The position numbers were made by a program, and so were the translations under genes. Below the pieces are notes generated by a model. That model ran no database searches and was not told the origin of the DNA. It saw only the letters and a program-made list of their open reading frames with translations. Below are positions 10,285 through 19,111 of a stretch of DNA of 21,368 bases, piece after piece (the first letter of the stretch is position 1; every line of letters begins with the position of its first letter). Source of the DNA: Pseudomonadota bacterium (GTDB lineage: Bacteria; UBA10199; 2-02-FULL-44-16; JBDRGF01); assembly GCA_043818055.1 (NCBI GenBank), contig JBDRGF010000037.1, positions 1 through 21,368 on the forward strand. The letters run 5' to 3'.

Positions 10285-10371
10285 AAGCCTGCTATGAACA
10301 GATTTGCTATTGAATATGGAGATCGTTTTGAATCTTAATAATCGCAGTTACACAAAATTATTTACAGGCTC
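10277..10371 (+). mobile_element. IS256-family right-end remnant (last transposase codons plus terminal IR)
   Basis: NWKPAMNRFAIEYGDRFES* is a typical IS256 transposase C-terminus, followed by ttacacaaaattatttacaggctc (10348-10371), a typical IS256 IR. Confidence 0.8.
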
Positions 10372-11425
10372 ATTTCAACATGTCATCGACAGCCTTTTGA
10401 TCCTTGTTCAGCCTTCTTACATAATTCTTCGATGATTCATAGAGCCTTGTTGCTCTTACAGAGGTTCTCCTCGCTTCGGATTGTGCACTTCTGCATACAA
10501 CGAAACCTCTACTTTTCAAACAACGTTGGTTCAACTCACTCAAGTAACGAGTTAGTCGAGCATATGTTAGTGTAACCGCATATAACTTAACCTTTGCACT
10601 CTTTAGCTTTCCATCTTTTTTAACCAAAGCGGATTTTGCTTTCATTCGCTCTAAACTCACCTTTGCCACACTTAGCAAACCTGCCACACTCCATATCCTA
10701 GCATTATGAATAGCTTGTGCCTGGCACTTCCTAGCGTCTGCAATATATCTCCTCAGCGTCATCTTAACGTTTTGATACTGTGTGCTGTGCATTCTGCTCA
10801 AATAGACACCGCACTCCTTGTCGAAATTACTTCCCTTTCGATTTATGCTTCTTGCAACCCTTGTAACCGAACGGAGAATCTTTCCCCACATCACAAACGC
10901 CTTTCTTACGAGATAGAAAGCCGGTCTCGTCTTTTTCAGATGAAGGATGGATGCATCTCTGCAGTTGTCATATAGAGGAGTGTTCACCCTCCTCGATTTG
11001 CGATAATGGTCACAACCTTTAGCCCTACTACGAGGAGGTCAAACGCTCTTCCCCTTTCTAGTAGTCGAGCGATATTTCAACACAACACTTCTCAGTAACT
11101 TTTTATACCCCCTCAAATCTCTATTCAATTTCGACGACCTTGTTTTTTTGCGAGCATGCCACGATTTCATATCCGCAATGTTCCTTGGCAACAAACGCGT
11201 GAACTGCCTGTAGTAGGTGAGATCATCACCAATACTCCTACCCCTTCCATATTTTTTGATAAAATATCTCTCGACCGATGGCAGCATCTTTCTGCTCTGC
11301 ATGACTGGAAGTTCAGGCTTCTTCCTGACCTTCTTCCACTGAACAGGTCTCGACGGAGCGGATTGTTTCGGCCCCACAATCACTCATTTTGTTCCTACCT
11401 GCGGTGTCTTTTTTGGCGTATCCAT
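10370..11425 (-). pseudogene. Basic ~350-aa hypothetical protein with two in-frame TGA codons; 3' end abuts the IS256 IR
   Basis: GGAGGA then ATG 11425; MDTPKKTPQVGTK-TGA(11384-86)-VIVGPK...KGKSV-TGA(11039-41)-PPRSRAKGCDHYRKSRRVNTPLY... all in one frame, joining ORFs 11039-11383 and 10370-10987. Confidence 0.75.
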
Positions 11426-11546
11426 ATAAATCCTCCTTTAATACTTTTAAAAACTTCAATGGTTTTATTGTTTAACGGCACTTCCTTAGAAAAAGTTGCG
11501 TTAATTTTGATATATTTTTTTCCCTAATGATTCGGGTAGATTAGCT

Positions 11547-11674
11547 GAGATAGAACCCTTACCGTAACTATAGAAGCCATTCAAAATATGGAGAAGAGCA
11601 GCATGTTGAGAGAGGCGTTAGGCGGACACATCTTCAATCATTTTATCACAGCGAAGAAGATGGAAGGGTCGTAA
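11547..11674 (+). pseudogene. glnA: Glutamine synthetase C-terminal remnant
   Basis: IEPLP...EAIQNMEKSSMLREALGGHIFNHFITAKKME matches the GSI C-terminal helices; disrupted and lacking the rest of the gene. Confidence 0.7.
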
Positions 11675-11691
11675 CTTTTTTTCCTCCTGGT

Positions 11692-12198
11692 ATGAAGCAG
11701 ATGCCTATGTTGTTGTCGGCTAGATTACATCAAGGCGGAGTTGATAGAAGAATCGTCGCAATTGACTTTAATGAATATGGAGATGCTCTGCTCAGCTCTG
11801 CAAATCTATTTTTCAAACAACTCGCTTTGGATATAACAGAGCAGCTAAAACTGCCGGACTCTTTAGTTGAGAGCGAATGGCTTAGACCCAATTCACCTGG
11901 AGCTAAGCTGACTAGATTGATGGACATGAAATTCTTCGAAGAGAGAAAACTCGTTCTCATTCTGATGGGTGCTGAAGTTTTGTTAGATAGACCTATACTT
12001 GAAACATTTCTCCACACATTGAAGCGGTGGCGTGAAGTTCAGCTATTCATTTCCAAGAATGGTGCTCAATGGTCACGATTGAGTCTGTTATTGTCAGTTA
12101 TAACGCCACCATTTTTCTCCAATGATGACGAGAGAAAAAAAACCATAGCTAGATTTCTGAGTAGGTTTTCAGGTGATGATGTAGTAGAATTTAGATGA
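11692..12198 (+). CDS. Degenerate AAA_35/STAND-like NTPase domain protein, possibly a fragment
   Basis: VAIDF...FFKQLALDITEQLKL...EW...KLVLILMGAEVL...FLHTLKRW...WSRLSLLL follows the AAA_35 pattern, but the Walker B acidic pair is replaced and there is no GKT/S. Confidence 0.55.
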   Translation: MKQMPMLLSARLHQGGVDRRIVAIDFNEYGDALLSSANLFFKQLALDITEQLKLPDSLVESEWLRPNSPGAKLTRLMDMKFFEERKLVLILMGAEVLLDRPILETFLHTLKRWREVQLFISKNGAQWSRLSLLLSVITPPFFSNDDERKKTIARFLSRFSGDDVVEFR

Positions 12199-12475
12199 TA
12201 ATTCTGAATTTTCCAAGATTTAACCATCTCAGGGCAGAGAGTCCCTCTTGTTCTATCATTGATAATTGATGATCACTCGCCTTATATGCATCGCCGGTAA
12301 AACTATTATGAATCCAGAGAGTTGTTTGAAAAACTGTTGTCGCCTTTTCTTTAAGATCGTCTCTTAAAGCTTGGGCATTTCATTTAGCTGTGCTCACTAG
12401 AACGTCAATGGGGGGACGATTCGCCACGCCTCCTATTGTTGAACTGATCAATGGTTTCAATGTAACCTCCAGATA

Positions 12476-13762
12476 TTATTTAGGCCAGGTGACGGCTTTG
12501 ACGCTTCTCCATAGGGGGCCGGTAAGATCTATTTTTCTTCGTTTACTCGTAGCCAAAGCTATAGGGACATCGGTGAAATGATCGTTCCAGTGACCCACTA
12601 CCATATTCGTGCGGCCCGCCATTGCCGCGTGAACAGCGTTTTGCGCAAGCATCAGACAAAATACAGCGTCAGTTCCGTGGGCCGGAAGACTGCGTATGAG
12701 ATAACTGGGATCAAAGTACTTTATGCTGTACCCTAATTTATTCTCTTTGGACCAACTCTCAATTTTTTCCTTTAGAAAAAGGCCTATGTTCTGATGAAGA
12801 AGGTTGCCCGATTTATCGCGGTTTTCACCACGCGTTTCAAATAGGTTCTGTCCCGCCCCCTCAGCAACTATTATTACAGCGTGTTTCCGCCCCTCCATCC
12901 TCCTCTGCAAGCTTGGGAGAAGAGCGTTTGGACCATCGTTCAGTGTGAATTCTTCTTCCGGAACCAGACAGTAGTTGATGTGAGAATTTGCAAGGGCTGC
13001 ATATGCAGCAATAAATCCGCTATCGCGTCCCATGACATGAATCAATCCTATCCCGTTGTAAGCTCCCCTCGCCTCATTGTGTGCAGCTACAATAACTGGG
13101 TCCGTTGCGTACACAGCTGTTTCAAAACCAAATGTTTTATCGATAAAACAGATATCGTTATCAATGGTTTTTGGAATACACACAACGCTTATGAGAAGCT
13201 TTCTACTTTCAATCTCCTTTACGATTGCGTGAGCGCCCTTTAGCGTACCGTCACCGCCGACACAAAAAAGAATATTGACGTTCATCTCAACCAGTCTATC
13301 CACCATTTTATTTACATCCTGTTGACCGCGTGAAGAGCCTAGCACTGTTCCACCCTGCTCGTGAAGAGCGTCAACATCATCCTCTGTGATTAAAATTGGT
13401 TCATGGCCATACTCAGAAATTAGACCGCGATAACCGTAACGAATGCCATAAACAACGGGAACCCCATAGCGAATTTTGAGTGTGATAGTCAGACCCTTGA
13501 TAACATCATTGAGACCGGGACAGAGCCCACCCGCGGTCAATATCGCAGCTTTTGTACGTTCCGGATAGAAAAAGATCTTCTTCCTCGGCCCAGCCTTTTC
13601 GAAGGCCAAAACTTCCCCCCCACTCTCCTGCTGTTTTAGAATTTCGTCCGGATCCGTACTGTACAATACACGAGACGCATCATCCTCAAAGCTGGTCTTT
13701 TCAAGGGAAGAATCATAAGAACACTCACCGAGTTTACAAACATTAAAATCCAGTTCATTCAT
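12476..13762 (-). CDS. pfkA: ATP-dependent 6-phosphofructokinase (PfkA family, group X-like)
   Basis: GGLCPGLNDVI, GGTVLGSSRG, GGDGT, PKTIDND, FGFETAV, MGRDSGFIA, DPSYLIRS. Confidence 0.95.
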   Translation of the reverse strand: MNELDFNVCKLGECSYDSSLEKTSFEDDASRVLYSTDPDEILKQQESGGEVLAFEKAGPRKKIFFYPERTKAAILTAGGLCPGLNDVIKGLTITLKIRYGVPVVYGIRYGYRGLISEYGHEPILITEDDVDALHEQGGTVLGSSRGQQDVNKMVDRLVEMNVNILFCVGGDGTLKGAHAIVKEIESRKLLISVVCIPKTIDNDICFIDKTFGFETAVYATDPVIVAAHNEARGAYNGIGLIHVMGRDSGFIAAYAALANSHINYCLVPEEEFTLNDGPNALLPSLQRRMEGRKHAVIIVAEGAGQNLFETRGENRDKSGNLLHQNIGLFLKEKIESWSKENKLGYSIKYFDPSYLIRSLPAHGTDAVFCLMLAQNAVHAAMAGRTNMVVGHWNDHFTDVPIALATSKRRKIDLTGPLWRSVKAVTWPK

Positions 13763-13829
13763 AATATATTCTCCAATCTTAACATTAGACCTTCATATCA
13801 TAAAAAGCTCTAAAAAAAATAGGGGTTAT

Positions 13830-13882
13830 TAGGGTGTGTCGTCAGTTAGCAACGCTGTCATTCTGAGCAAAGCGAAGAATCT
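13830..13882. repeat. Possible IS5-family terminal scrap fused to a REP-like repeat
   Basis: tagggtgtgtcgtcagttag resembles IS5-family IRs and is followed by tgtcattctgagcaaagcgaagaatct (13856-13882), resembling the widespread GTCATTCTGAGCGAAGCGAAGAATCT interspersed repeat. Confidence 0.5.
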
Positions 13883-13889
13883 TGTAATT

Positions 13890-14354
13890 TCAAAAACAAA
13901 GAACCCTCTTTAAATTATTCACAATAGCCTTCAGCCTATTTGAAACATCCCTGGGATCATACTCCAAGGCTATATATCTAATAAAGTTCAGCAGCCTTGG
14001 ATTTTCTGTCTCATCCGCAACCCTTTTGATCAGATTGATATAAGGCGTCAGCTCAACTAAATCGACAGCCTTCGCTAACTGGAAATGTGTTATTTCAAAC
14101 CCTCCGCTCCAATCAAACAGAGAATGTGTGTTTTTTACAGGTAGAGTTTCAACCTGACTCTGCCTTATCTCTACTGCTGCAGATTCAATACTACTCCCTT
14201 GAGTACAGTAAAACACTCTCATTACTTTCGGCCCGGCAATCTTCGCCTGAGATGCCCTGATCTCCTCATCGGTCATTATCTTAAAAGTTGGAGTAAAGTC
14301 CGATGGTCCTGGCAACATCTTCGGCGGCAAGGGCAGGAATCTAGTGAGTTTCAT
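13890..14354 (-). CDS. Hypothetical protein, paralog of 16089-16544
   Basis: Open frame from ATG 14354; shared motifs TPxx(K/R)xMTxEEIxxSQ, PVKxxxxLxxWxG and KRV. Confidence 0.75.
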   Translation of the reverse strand: MKLTRFLPLPPKMLPGPSDFTPTFKIMTDEEIRASQAKIAGPKVMRVFYCTQGSSIESAAVEIRQSQVETLPVKNTHSLFDWSGGFEITHFQLAKAVDLVELTPYINLIKRVADETENPRLLNFIRYIALEYDPRDVSNRLKAIVNNLKRVLCF

Positions 14355-14362
14355 ATGACACA

Positions 14363-14391
14363 CAGATAGAACAACGCGCCCGTATAGTCAA
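14363..14391 (-). promoter_or_regulatory. Putative sigma70 promoter, leaderless type
   Basis: TTGACT-N17-TATCTG-N8-ATG, no SD. Confidence 0.5.
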
Positions 14392-14540
14392 ATCAATCTA
14401 TCGGGGAAACTGCTCAGGTGGATAGGCTGTAGGTGTTTAGGCAGATAGGCCGATGAATTCCACACCTTCCACAAAGAAACGCAAAACCAACATTGCTTGA
14501 TGTTATCTCTGATGGTAATATGCCGATCGGAGGAAATTTT

Positions 14541-14804
14541 ATGAATCAGGATATATTTGAGACATTGATGTTGATATGCTTTTGACTGGCGTGGCCATTT
14601 TCGATCTATAAAATGCTTAAAACAAAGCGATCCCATGGAAAGAGCCTTCTCTTTATTGTGGTAATTTTTATGGGTTATATCTTTGGCATCCTATTTGAAT
14701 GGTTCGGAGAACGAAACTCCGTCATCTTTCTTTATATTTTCAACGCCGTAATCGTCTTAACAGACCTCCTTTTGACGATAAAATATCGGAAAAATGAATC
14801 ATGA
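14541..14804 (+). pseudogene. Small PQ-loop/SemiSWEET-like membrane protein with an in-frame TGA at codon 15
   Basis: GGAGGA then ATG 14541: MNQDIFETLMLICF*LAWPFSIYKMLKTKRSHGKSLLF...GYIFG; the family pattern as I recall it is FExxMLxCFGxxWPxSIxK...GKSxxF. Confidence 0.75.
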
Positions 14805-14976
14805 TTTCTTTTACGATATAGTTATAATACGCGGGCTATCCCCAGTCATGCAACGGGGCACAGATCCTGTGGCTACAAAATCCTAATTGTAACATAGTCT
14901 GTATGCAAGAATGATAAATGGAACAGCTATGTTGAAAAGAATCTGACACCCCCTCCGAAAAGAAAGAGAACTTAAA

Positions 14977-16092
14977 TTATTCCCCAAAAGGCTCAGACTC
15001 TTCCACCCAACTTCTGAAAAAATCTTCAATTTTGTGTTCGCCAAAGAAATGCAGCCCCTGCTTGATGGAATTAAAAAGAAATAGAGCGCGTGCTGCTAGC
15101 AATCCGTTTTGATCCAAAAAATTCAACAAAATTTCCTCCTGGCCCATTTCCGCCAGAACGCTACCAGCCATACGCCCAACAGCATCATTTGAATCGGCCA
15201 AAAGATTTGCAATCAATTCAGCAAATTCATAATCGCGCAATTGTCCTAGCGCCCAAATAGCCATACTCCTAACTTTGGACTCGGGATCCCTTAGCCCCCT
15301 TCTCATATAACCTCTGAAGCGCGCGTCACCTCGCCTGCCGACGAGCTCCAATGCAAATCTGCGAGTAGTTGCGGATTGATCATAAAAAAAATGACGAAAT
15401 CGAATTTCCGACATCGGATTTATAAGTGATTCAGAATAACATGTATCAACAAGAGCAACGTAGGAGCCTTGAAAAAGTTTGTAATCCCAACGACCTAAAA
15501 GATATGATGGTATAGAAGAGGGCAACTTTTCCTCATCGACATCCACACCAAAAAAGTTTAGCGCCTCAATCAACTTTGAACGAACACCCTCATAATTGTG
15601 ATAGTTCAAGCCTGCCAGCAAAGTCTCAACAGCCCTAACATCACCTAGGTTACGAAAAGCCTGTGCCAGTGCCTCTGCCATGCTGATGCAAGCGCCACTC
15701 TCCTCAGTAGGTTCTAAATCCATGAAATAATGTTGATACTCCTCTTCCATTTGCGTCACAATCGACTCGAAACGCTCATTAACTTTGCACAACAAATCCG
15801 ACATAATTCCCAAAGAACCGACGTCACCAAGATTAACTAAATGTCTAATAGCATCTGTGATATCTCTTCTAGACTCAATATTCTCAATCTCTCCAACATT
15901 CAAAGCAGATCTCAACGCTTCGAGACCTTGATCGTCACCAAACATAGCAAGATAATAGGCTGCTTCCATGCGTTCATCAGGATTGACAAGAGAGCCTCTC
16001 AAAGCCTGACAGATTTTTTCTAAATCATTAACATGATCAAAATTTCTATAAAGAATCTGACTGAGATCTGAAGGCGCAATACCAGCATTCAT
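14977..16092 (-). CDS. HEAT/PBS-lyase-like repeat protein
   Basis: ERMEAAYYLAMFGD, LAQAFRNLGDVRAVETLLAGL, GLRDPESKVRSMAIWALGQLRD; start overlaps the upstream stop (ATGA). Confidence 0.85.
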   Translation of the reverse strand: MNAGIAPSDLSQILYRNFDHVNDLEKICQALRGSLVNPDERMEAAYYLAMFGDDQGLEALRSALNVGEIENIESRRDITDAIRHLVNLGDVGSLGIMSDLLCKVNERFESIVTQMEEEYQHYFMDLEPTEESGACISMAEALAQAFRNLGDVRAVETLLAGLNYHNYEGVRSKLIEALNFFGVDVDEEKLPSSIPSYLLGRWDYKLFQGSYVALVDTCYSESLINPMSEIRFRHFFYDQSATTRRFALELVGRRGDARFRGYMRRGLRDPESKVRSMAIWALGQLRDYEFAELIANLLADSNDAVGRMAGSVLAEMGQEEILLNFLDQNGLLAARALFLFNSIKQGLHFFGEHKIEDFFRSWVEESEPFGE

Positions 16093-16544
16093 CTTTGAGA
16101 CGCTTGTTGCGATATAGATTTTATCAGTTGATCGATGAGGCCAATCAAATCGATTTGAGCAAGAGCTTCGACAACTCTCTTCAACTTGTAGGCAGGCATA
16201 TATAATTCATGCCTGAGAAGTATTTCTGACAAGATACGATTTGGAAGCACATAAGTTCCTGCCCATCTTATCAACGCATTACTCATTTTGACCGGATCAA
16301 TCTTTATCGGAACCTCTCTCAATATGATCGGCTCAGATTCATCTGAATGTGTTTTTCCATCAGGACCAAACAATTTCGAAATTGGGCTATGAGGATTACC
16401 ATTTGGAAAGAGTCTGTATTGTGATGTTTTGATCTCCTCATTCGTCATTACTCGAATAGAAGGAGTGATACCTGGAGGCGGAGGCAACTCTTTTACCTGT
16501 GGTTGAGACAACGAGAGCAAATGTCGCAAACGCACTATTGACAT
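16089..16544 (-). CDS. Hypothetical protein, paralog of 13890-14354
   Basis: 151-aa ORF translationally coupled to the HEAT gene; motifs shared with the paralog. Confidence 0.75.
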   Translation of the reverse strand: MSIVRLRHLLSLSQPQVKELPPPPGITPSIRVMTNEEIKTSQYRLFPNGNPHSPISKLFGPDGKTHSDESEPIILREVPIKIDPVKMSNALIRWAGTYVLPNRILSEILLRHELYMPAYKLKRVVEALAQIDLIGLIDQLIKSISQQASQR

Positions 16545-16552
16545 GGTTTTGA

Positions 16553-16581
16553 AACATAGAAGTGATTTAACGCTACGTCAA
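16553..16581 (-). promoter_or_regulatory. Putative sigma70 promoter, leaderless type
   Basis: TTGACG-N17-TATGTT-N8-ATG, no SD. Confidence 0.6.
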
Positions 16582-16686
16582 GTTCCACATAAACTCCATT
16601 TCCATTCCCTAACTTCGAACTGAGAAAAGGATGTGACCTCTTCTTTAAGTTGATTTGTGTAAACGTCGGTGTTTGCCATGCAACCT

Positions 16687-16764
16687 ATGGCAAAGAAAAC
16701 GATCTATTCCTGTCAGACCTGCGGAGCCCAGAGCTATAAGTGGCTCGGGCGTTGCCCAGAATGA
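16687..16764 (+). pseudogene. radA: Diverged duplicate of the radA 5' end (25 codons)
   Basis: MAKKTIYSCQTCGAQSYKWLGRCPE*, 24/25 aa identical to RadA starting at 17430. Confidence 0.9.
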
Positions 16765-16849
16765 ACTCACCCTTTCTCACTACTCCAATAGAATATACAA
16801 CCTACAAAGTTATTGCAGGTTGTATATTTATAATACCTCAGCAATACTA

Positions 16850-17302
16850 TTAAAATGTCCCTGTCAGATACAGATAAAAACTGGATGAGTTAATATCAGG
16901 AGCGCAGATCTTGACACCACCCTCAATACCAAAAGACATTAGGCTCTTCTTGCTTGTTTTCAATGAAAAGCTACCCCCCACATAAGGACCGTGATCCTTT
17001 GTTATATTCATCGGATTAATCCAGTAACCGCTATAGAGTCGAAGCTGATGTCCTCTATAACTATATTCATCTTCTCCATCTGTGGAATAGCCATGCGTCA
17101 AACCAGCCGATAGATTGAAACCGCTCTTTGCACCTACATACCCATCCAGTGTCAACCTGCCTCCGGTCAATGAAACAGCCTTTGATACCTCCCTCTTTGA
17201 CAAAAGGCTAAGCGATGCGGCAGCTGCACCAGAGACCTCCTCACCCTTTTTTAAAGAGAATCGTGCCCCCAACTTTGTCGTCGTCAATGCTTCAAAACTC
17301 AT
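16850..17302 (-). CDS. Hypothetical beta-strand-rich protein, possibly a small beta-barrel
   Basis: AAGGAGG precedes ATG 17302; alternating Gly/aromatic strands; C-terminus FYLYLTGTF; no clear signal peptide. Confidence 0.6.
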   Translation of the reverse strand: MSFEALTTTKLGARFSLKKGEEVSGAAAASLSLLSKREVSKAVSLTGGRLTLDGYVGAKSGFNLSAGLTHGYSTDGEDEYSYRGHQLRLYSGYWINPMNITKDHGPYVGGSFSLKTSKKSLMSFGIEGGVKICAPDINSSSFYLYLTGTF

Positions 17303-17429
17303 CTTACCCTCCTTTATGGTTATCAATTATTCCTCGGATATACTTGATTAGTGCAAGTTTAAGAAGAACGGTTGCTTATTATTTTTACTCAGTTGATTTA
17401 ATTTGGCTTGAGTGCTAGCCATGCTTTCT

Positions 17430-18776
17430 ATGGCGAAGAAAACGATCTACTCCTGTCAAAACTGTGGCGCGCAGAGCTATAAATGGCTCGGGCGTTGCCC
17501 TGAATGCGCACAGTGGAACACCTATGTAGAAGAGGTGCAGATCGCACCATCCAAAAGAGCTATCGCAACCGATTCTCACATGAGTGCTATTCCAATATCC
17601 CAAGTTGAAAGCTCTGCTGAACACCACTTCCCTACAGGTATAGATGAGCTCGACCGCGTATTAGGCGGTGGTTACACTACAGGAGGAGCTGTTCTGGTAG
17701 GCGGTGATCCGGGTATCGGCAAATCGACACTGCTCATGCAGGCAACAGGAAGCTTAAGCAAAAGCGACAAGACGCTCTACATAAGTGGTGAGGAGAGCCC
17801 ATCACAGATAAAACAGAGGGCCGAGCGCCTTGAGACATTGAGCGACAATCTCTTTCTGCTCGCTGAAAACAATGTTGAACGAATCATTGCGGCCTTGAAG
17901 AAAGAGACACCGAAACTCGTCGTCATCGATTCGATCCAAACACTATTTACAGATGATATTCAATCAGCTCCTGGGACTGTCTCCCAAGTCAGAGAGACGG
18001 CTGCCAGACTAATTCAGTTCACCAAAAAAACTGGTACCGCCCTTCTCATCATCGGCCATGTAACCAAAGATGGCTCTATAGCAGGCCCGAAAATATTGGA
18101 GCATATGGTCGACACCGTTTTATATTTTGAGGGTGAGCGCGGCCATCCATATCGAATATTGAGAACCATTAAAAACCGTTTCGGAGCCACGAACGAGATC
18201 GGCGTCTTTGAAATGACAGGTCTTGGTCTCAAAGAGGTGACCGACCCATCCGGACTATTCTTGGCTGAACGTGCCAAGGCTACCCCCGGATCAGTTGTCG
18301 TCGCCCCGATGGAGGGATCTCGACCGGTGCTGCTCGAGGTCCAATCACTCGTCGCCCAATCGCCTTTAGCCAATCCGAGACGCACAGCCATCGGAATAGA
18401 AAATTCAAGGCTTGCCCTACTTGTAGCTGTACTTGAAAAGGTGATCGGTATCCCCTTGTATAATCAGGATATTTATCTAAACGTCGCAGGTGGAATGAGG
18501 ATCGTCGAGACATCCGGCGACCTCGGCGTCATCGCGGCAATTCATTCGAGCTTTATGAATAAGCCTCTCAATCACGAGACCATCATGGTGGGTGAAGTCG
18601 GCCTAACCGGTGAAGTCAGGGCTGTGATCGGCTGCGATACGAGGCTAAAAGAGGCCCAAAAACTCGGTTTCAAACGCGCAATCATCCCAAAATCAAACCT
18701 AAAGTCACAATTGAAAACCAAAATCGAAGTTTTGGGCGCTGCAACTGTCGAAGAGGCGCTGGAGATGGCGTATTGA
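17430..18776 (+). CDS. radA: DNA repair protein RadA/Sms
   Basis: C4 zinc finger, GGDPGIGKSTL, VIDSIQT, KNRFG motif, Lon-like C-terminal domain; start could be 17421 or 17430. Confidence 0.98.
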   Translation: MAKKTIYSCQNCGAQSYKWLGRCPECAQWNTYVEEVQIAPSKRAIATDSHMSAIPISQVESSAEHHFPTGIDELDRVLGGGYTTGGAVLVGGDPGIGKSTLLMQATGSLSKSDKTLYISGEESPSQIKQRAERLETLSDNLFLLAENNVERIIAALKKETPKLVVIDSIQTLFTDDIQSAPGTVSQVRETAARLIQFTKKTGTALLIIGHVTKDGSIAGPKILEHMVDTVLYFEGERGHPYRILRTIKNRFGATNEIGVFEMTGLGLKEVTDPSGLFLAERAKATPGSVVVAPMEGSRPVLLEVQSLVAQSPLANPRRTAIGIENSRLALLVAVLEKVIGIPLYNQDIYLNVAGGMRIVETSGDLGVIAAIHSSFMNKPLNHETIMVGEVGLTGEVRAVIGCDTRLKEAQKLGFKRAIIPKSNLKSQLKTKIEVLGAATVEEALEMAY

Positions 18777-18898
18777 TATTTTAAATGACCCAAATCAGTT
18801 TTTTGCATAGCTAATATGAGGCCGACAGTCTCCAGATAGTATTGAAATCACCTCTTTTTTTAAAACTCCCAAAAGAACTCAAATGTTTTTGTCTTATA

Positions 18899-18961
18899 AA
18901 TCAATATGTTATATCTTATTAATTTGGCCTAGAATGCCTGATTTCTGGCAAGCAAATTGCA
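18899..18961 (+). promoter_or_regulatory. IHF site plus sigma54 (-24/-12) promoter
   Basis: AATCAATATGTTA (18899-18911) fits WATCAANNNNTTR exactly; TGGCAAGCAAATTGCA (18946-18961) has GG-N10-GC spacing. Confidence 0.65.
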
Positions 18962-19111
18962 TCATAGATTGGCGCAAGGAGATAAACCAGCACCGCGTCA
19001 ATTTTATTTTTTACACTGATGACCGGCACAAGTGCTCGTAACAATTTAATATCATCATATTTCCACTGGTGGAAATTAAATTGACGAAGCACTAGCAAAG
19101 AGGAGATATAA

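Noticed and set aside
10202..10373. CAGGCTCAT direct repeat as a target-site duplication
   Set aside because: The second copy overlaps the IS256 IR itself and the first is not adjacent to an element end; probably chance.
16687..17506. radA duplicate as a DGR template/variable repeat pair
   Set aside because: Differences are mostly synonymous third positions, not confined to adenines, and no reverse transcriptase is present.
12881..18808. Short ORFs overlapping pfkA, the HEAT gene and radA (e.g. 12881-13243, 15841-16023, 18014-18391, 18280-18513)
   Set aside because: Antisense shadows of well-supported genes with no motifs.
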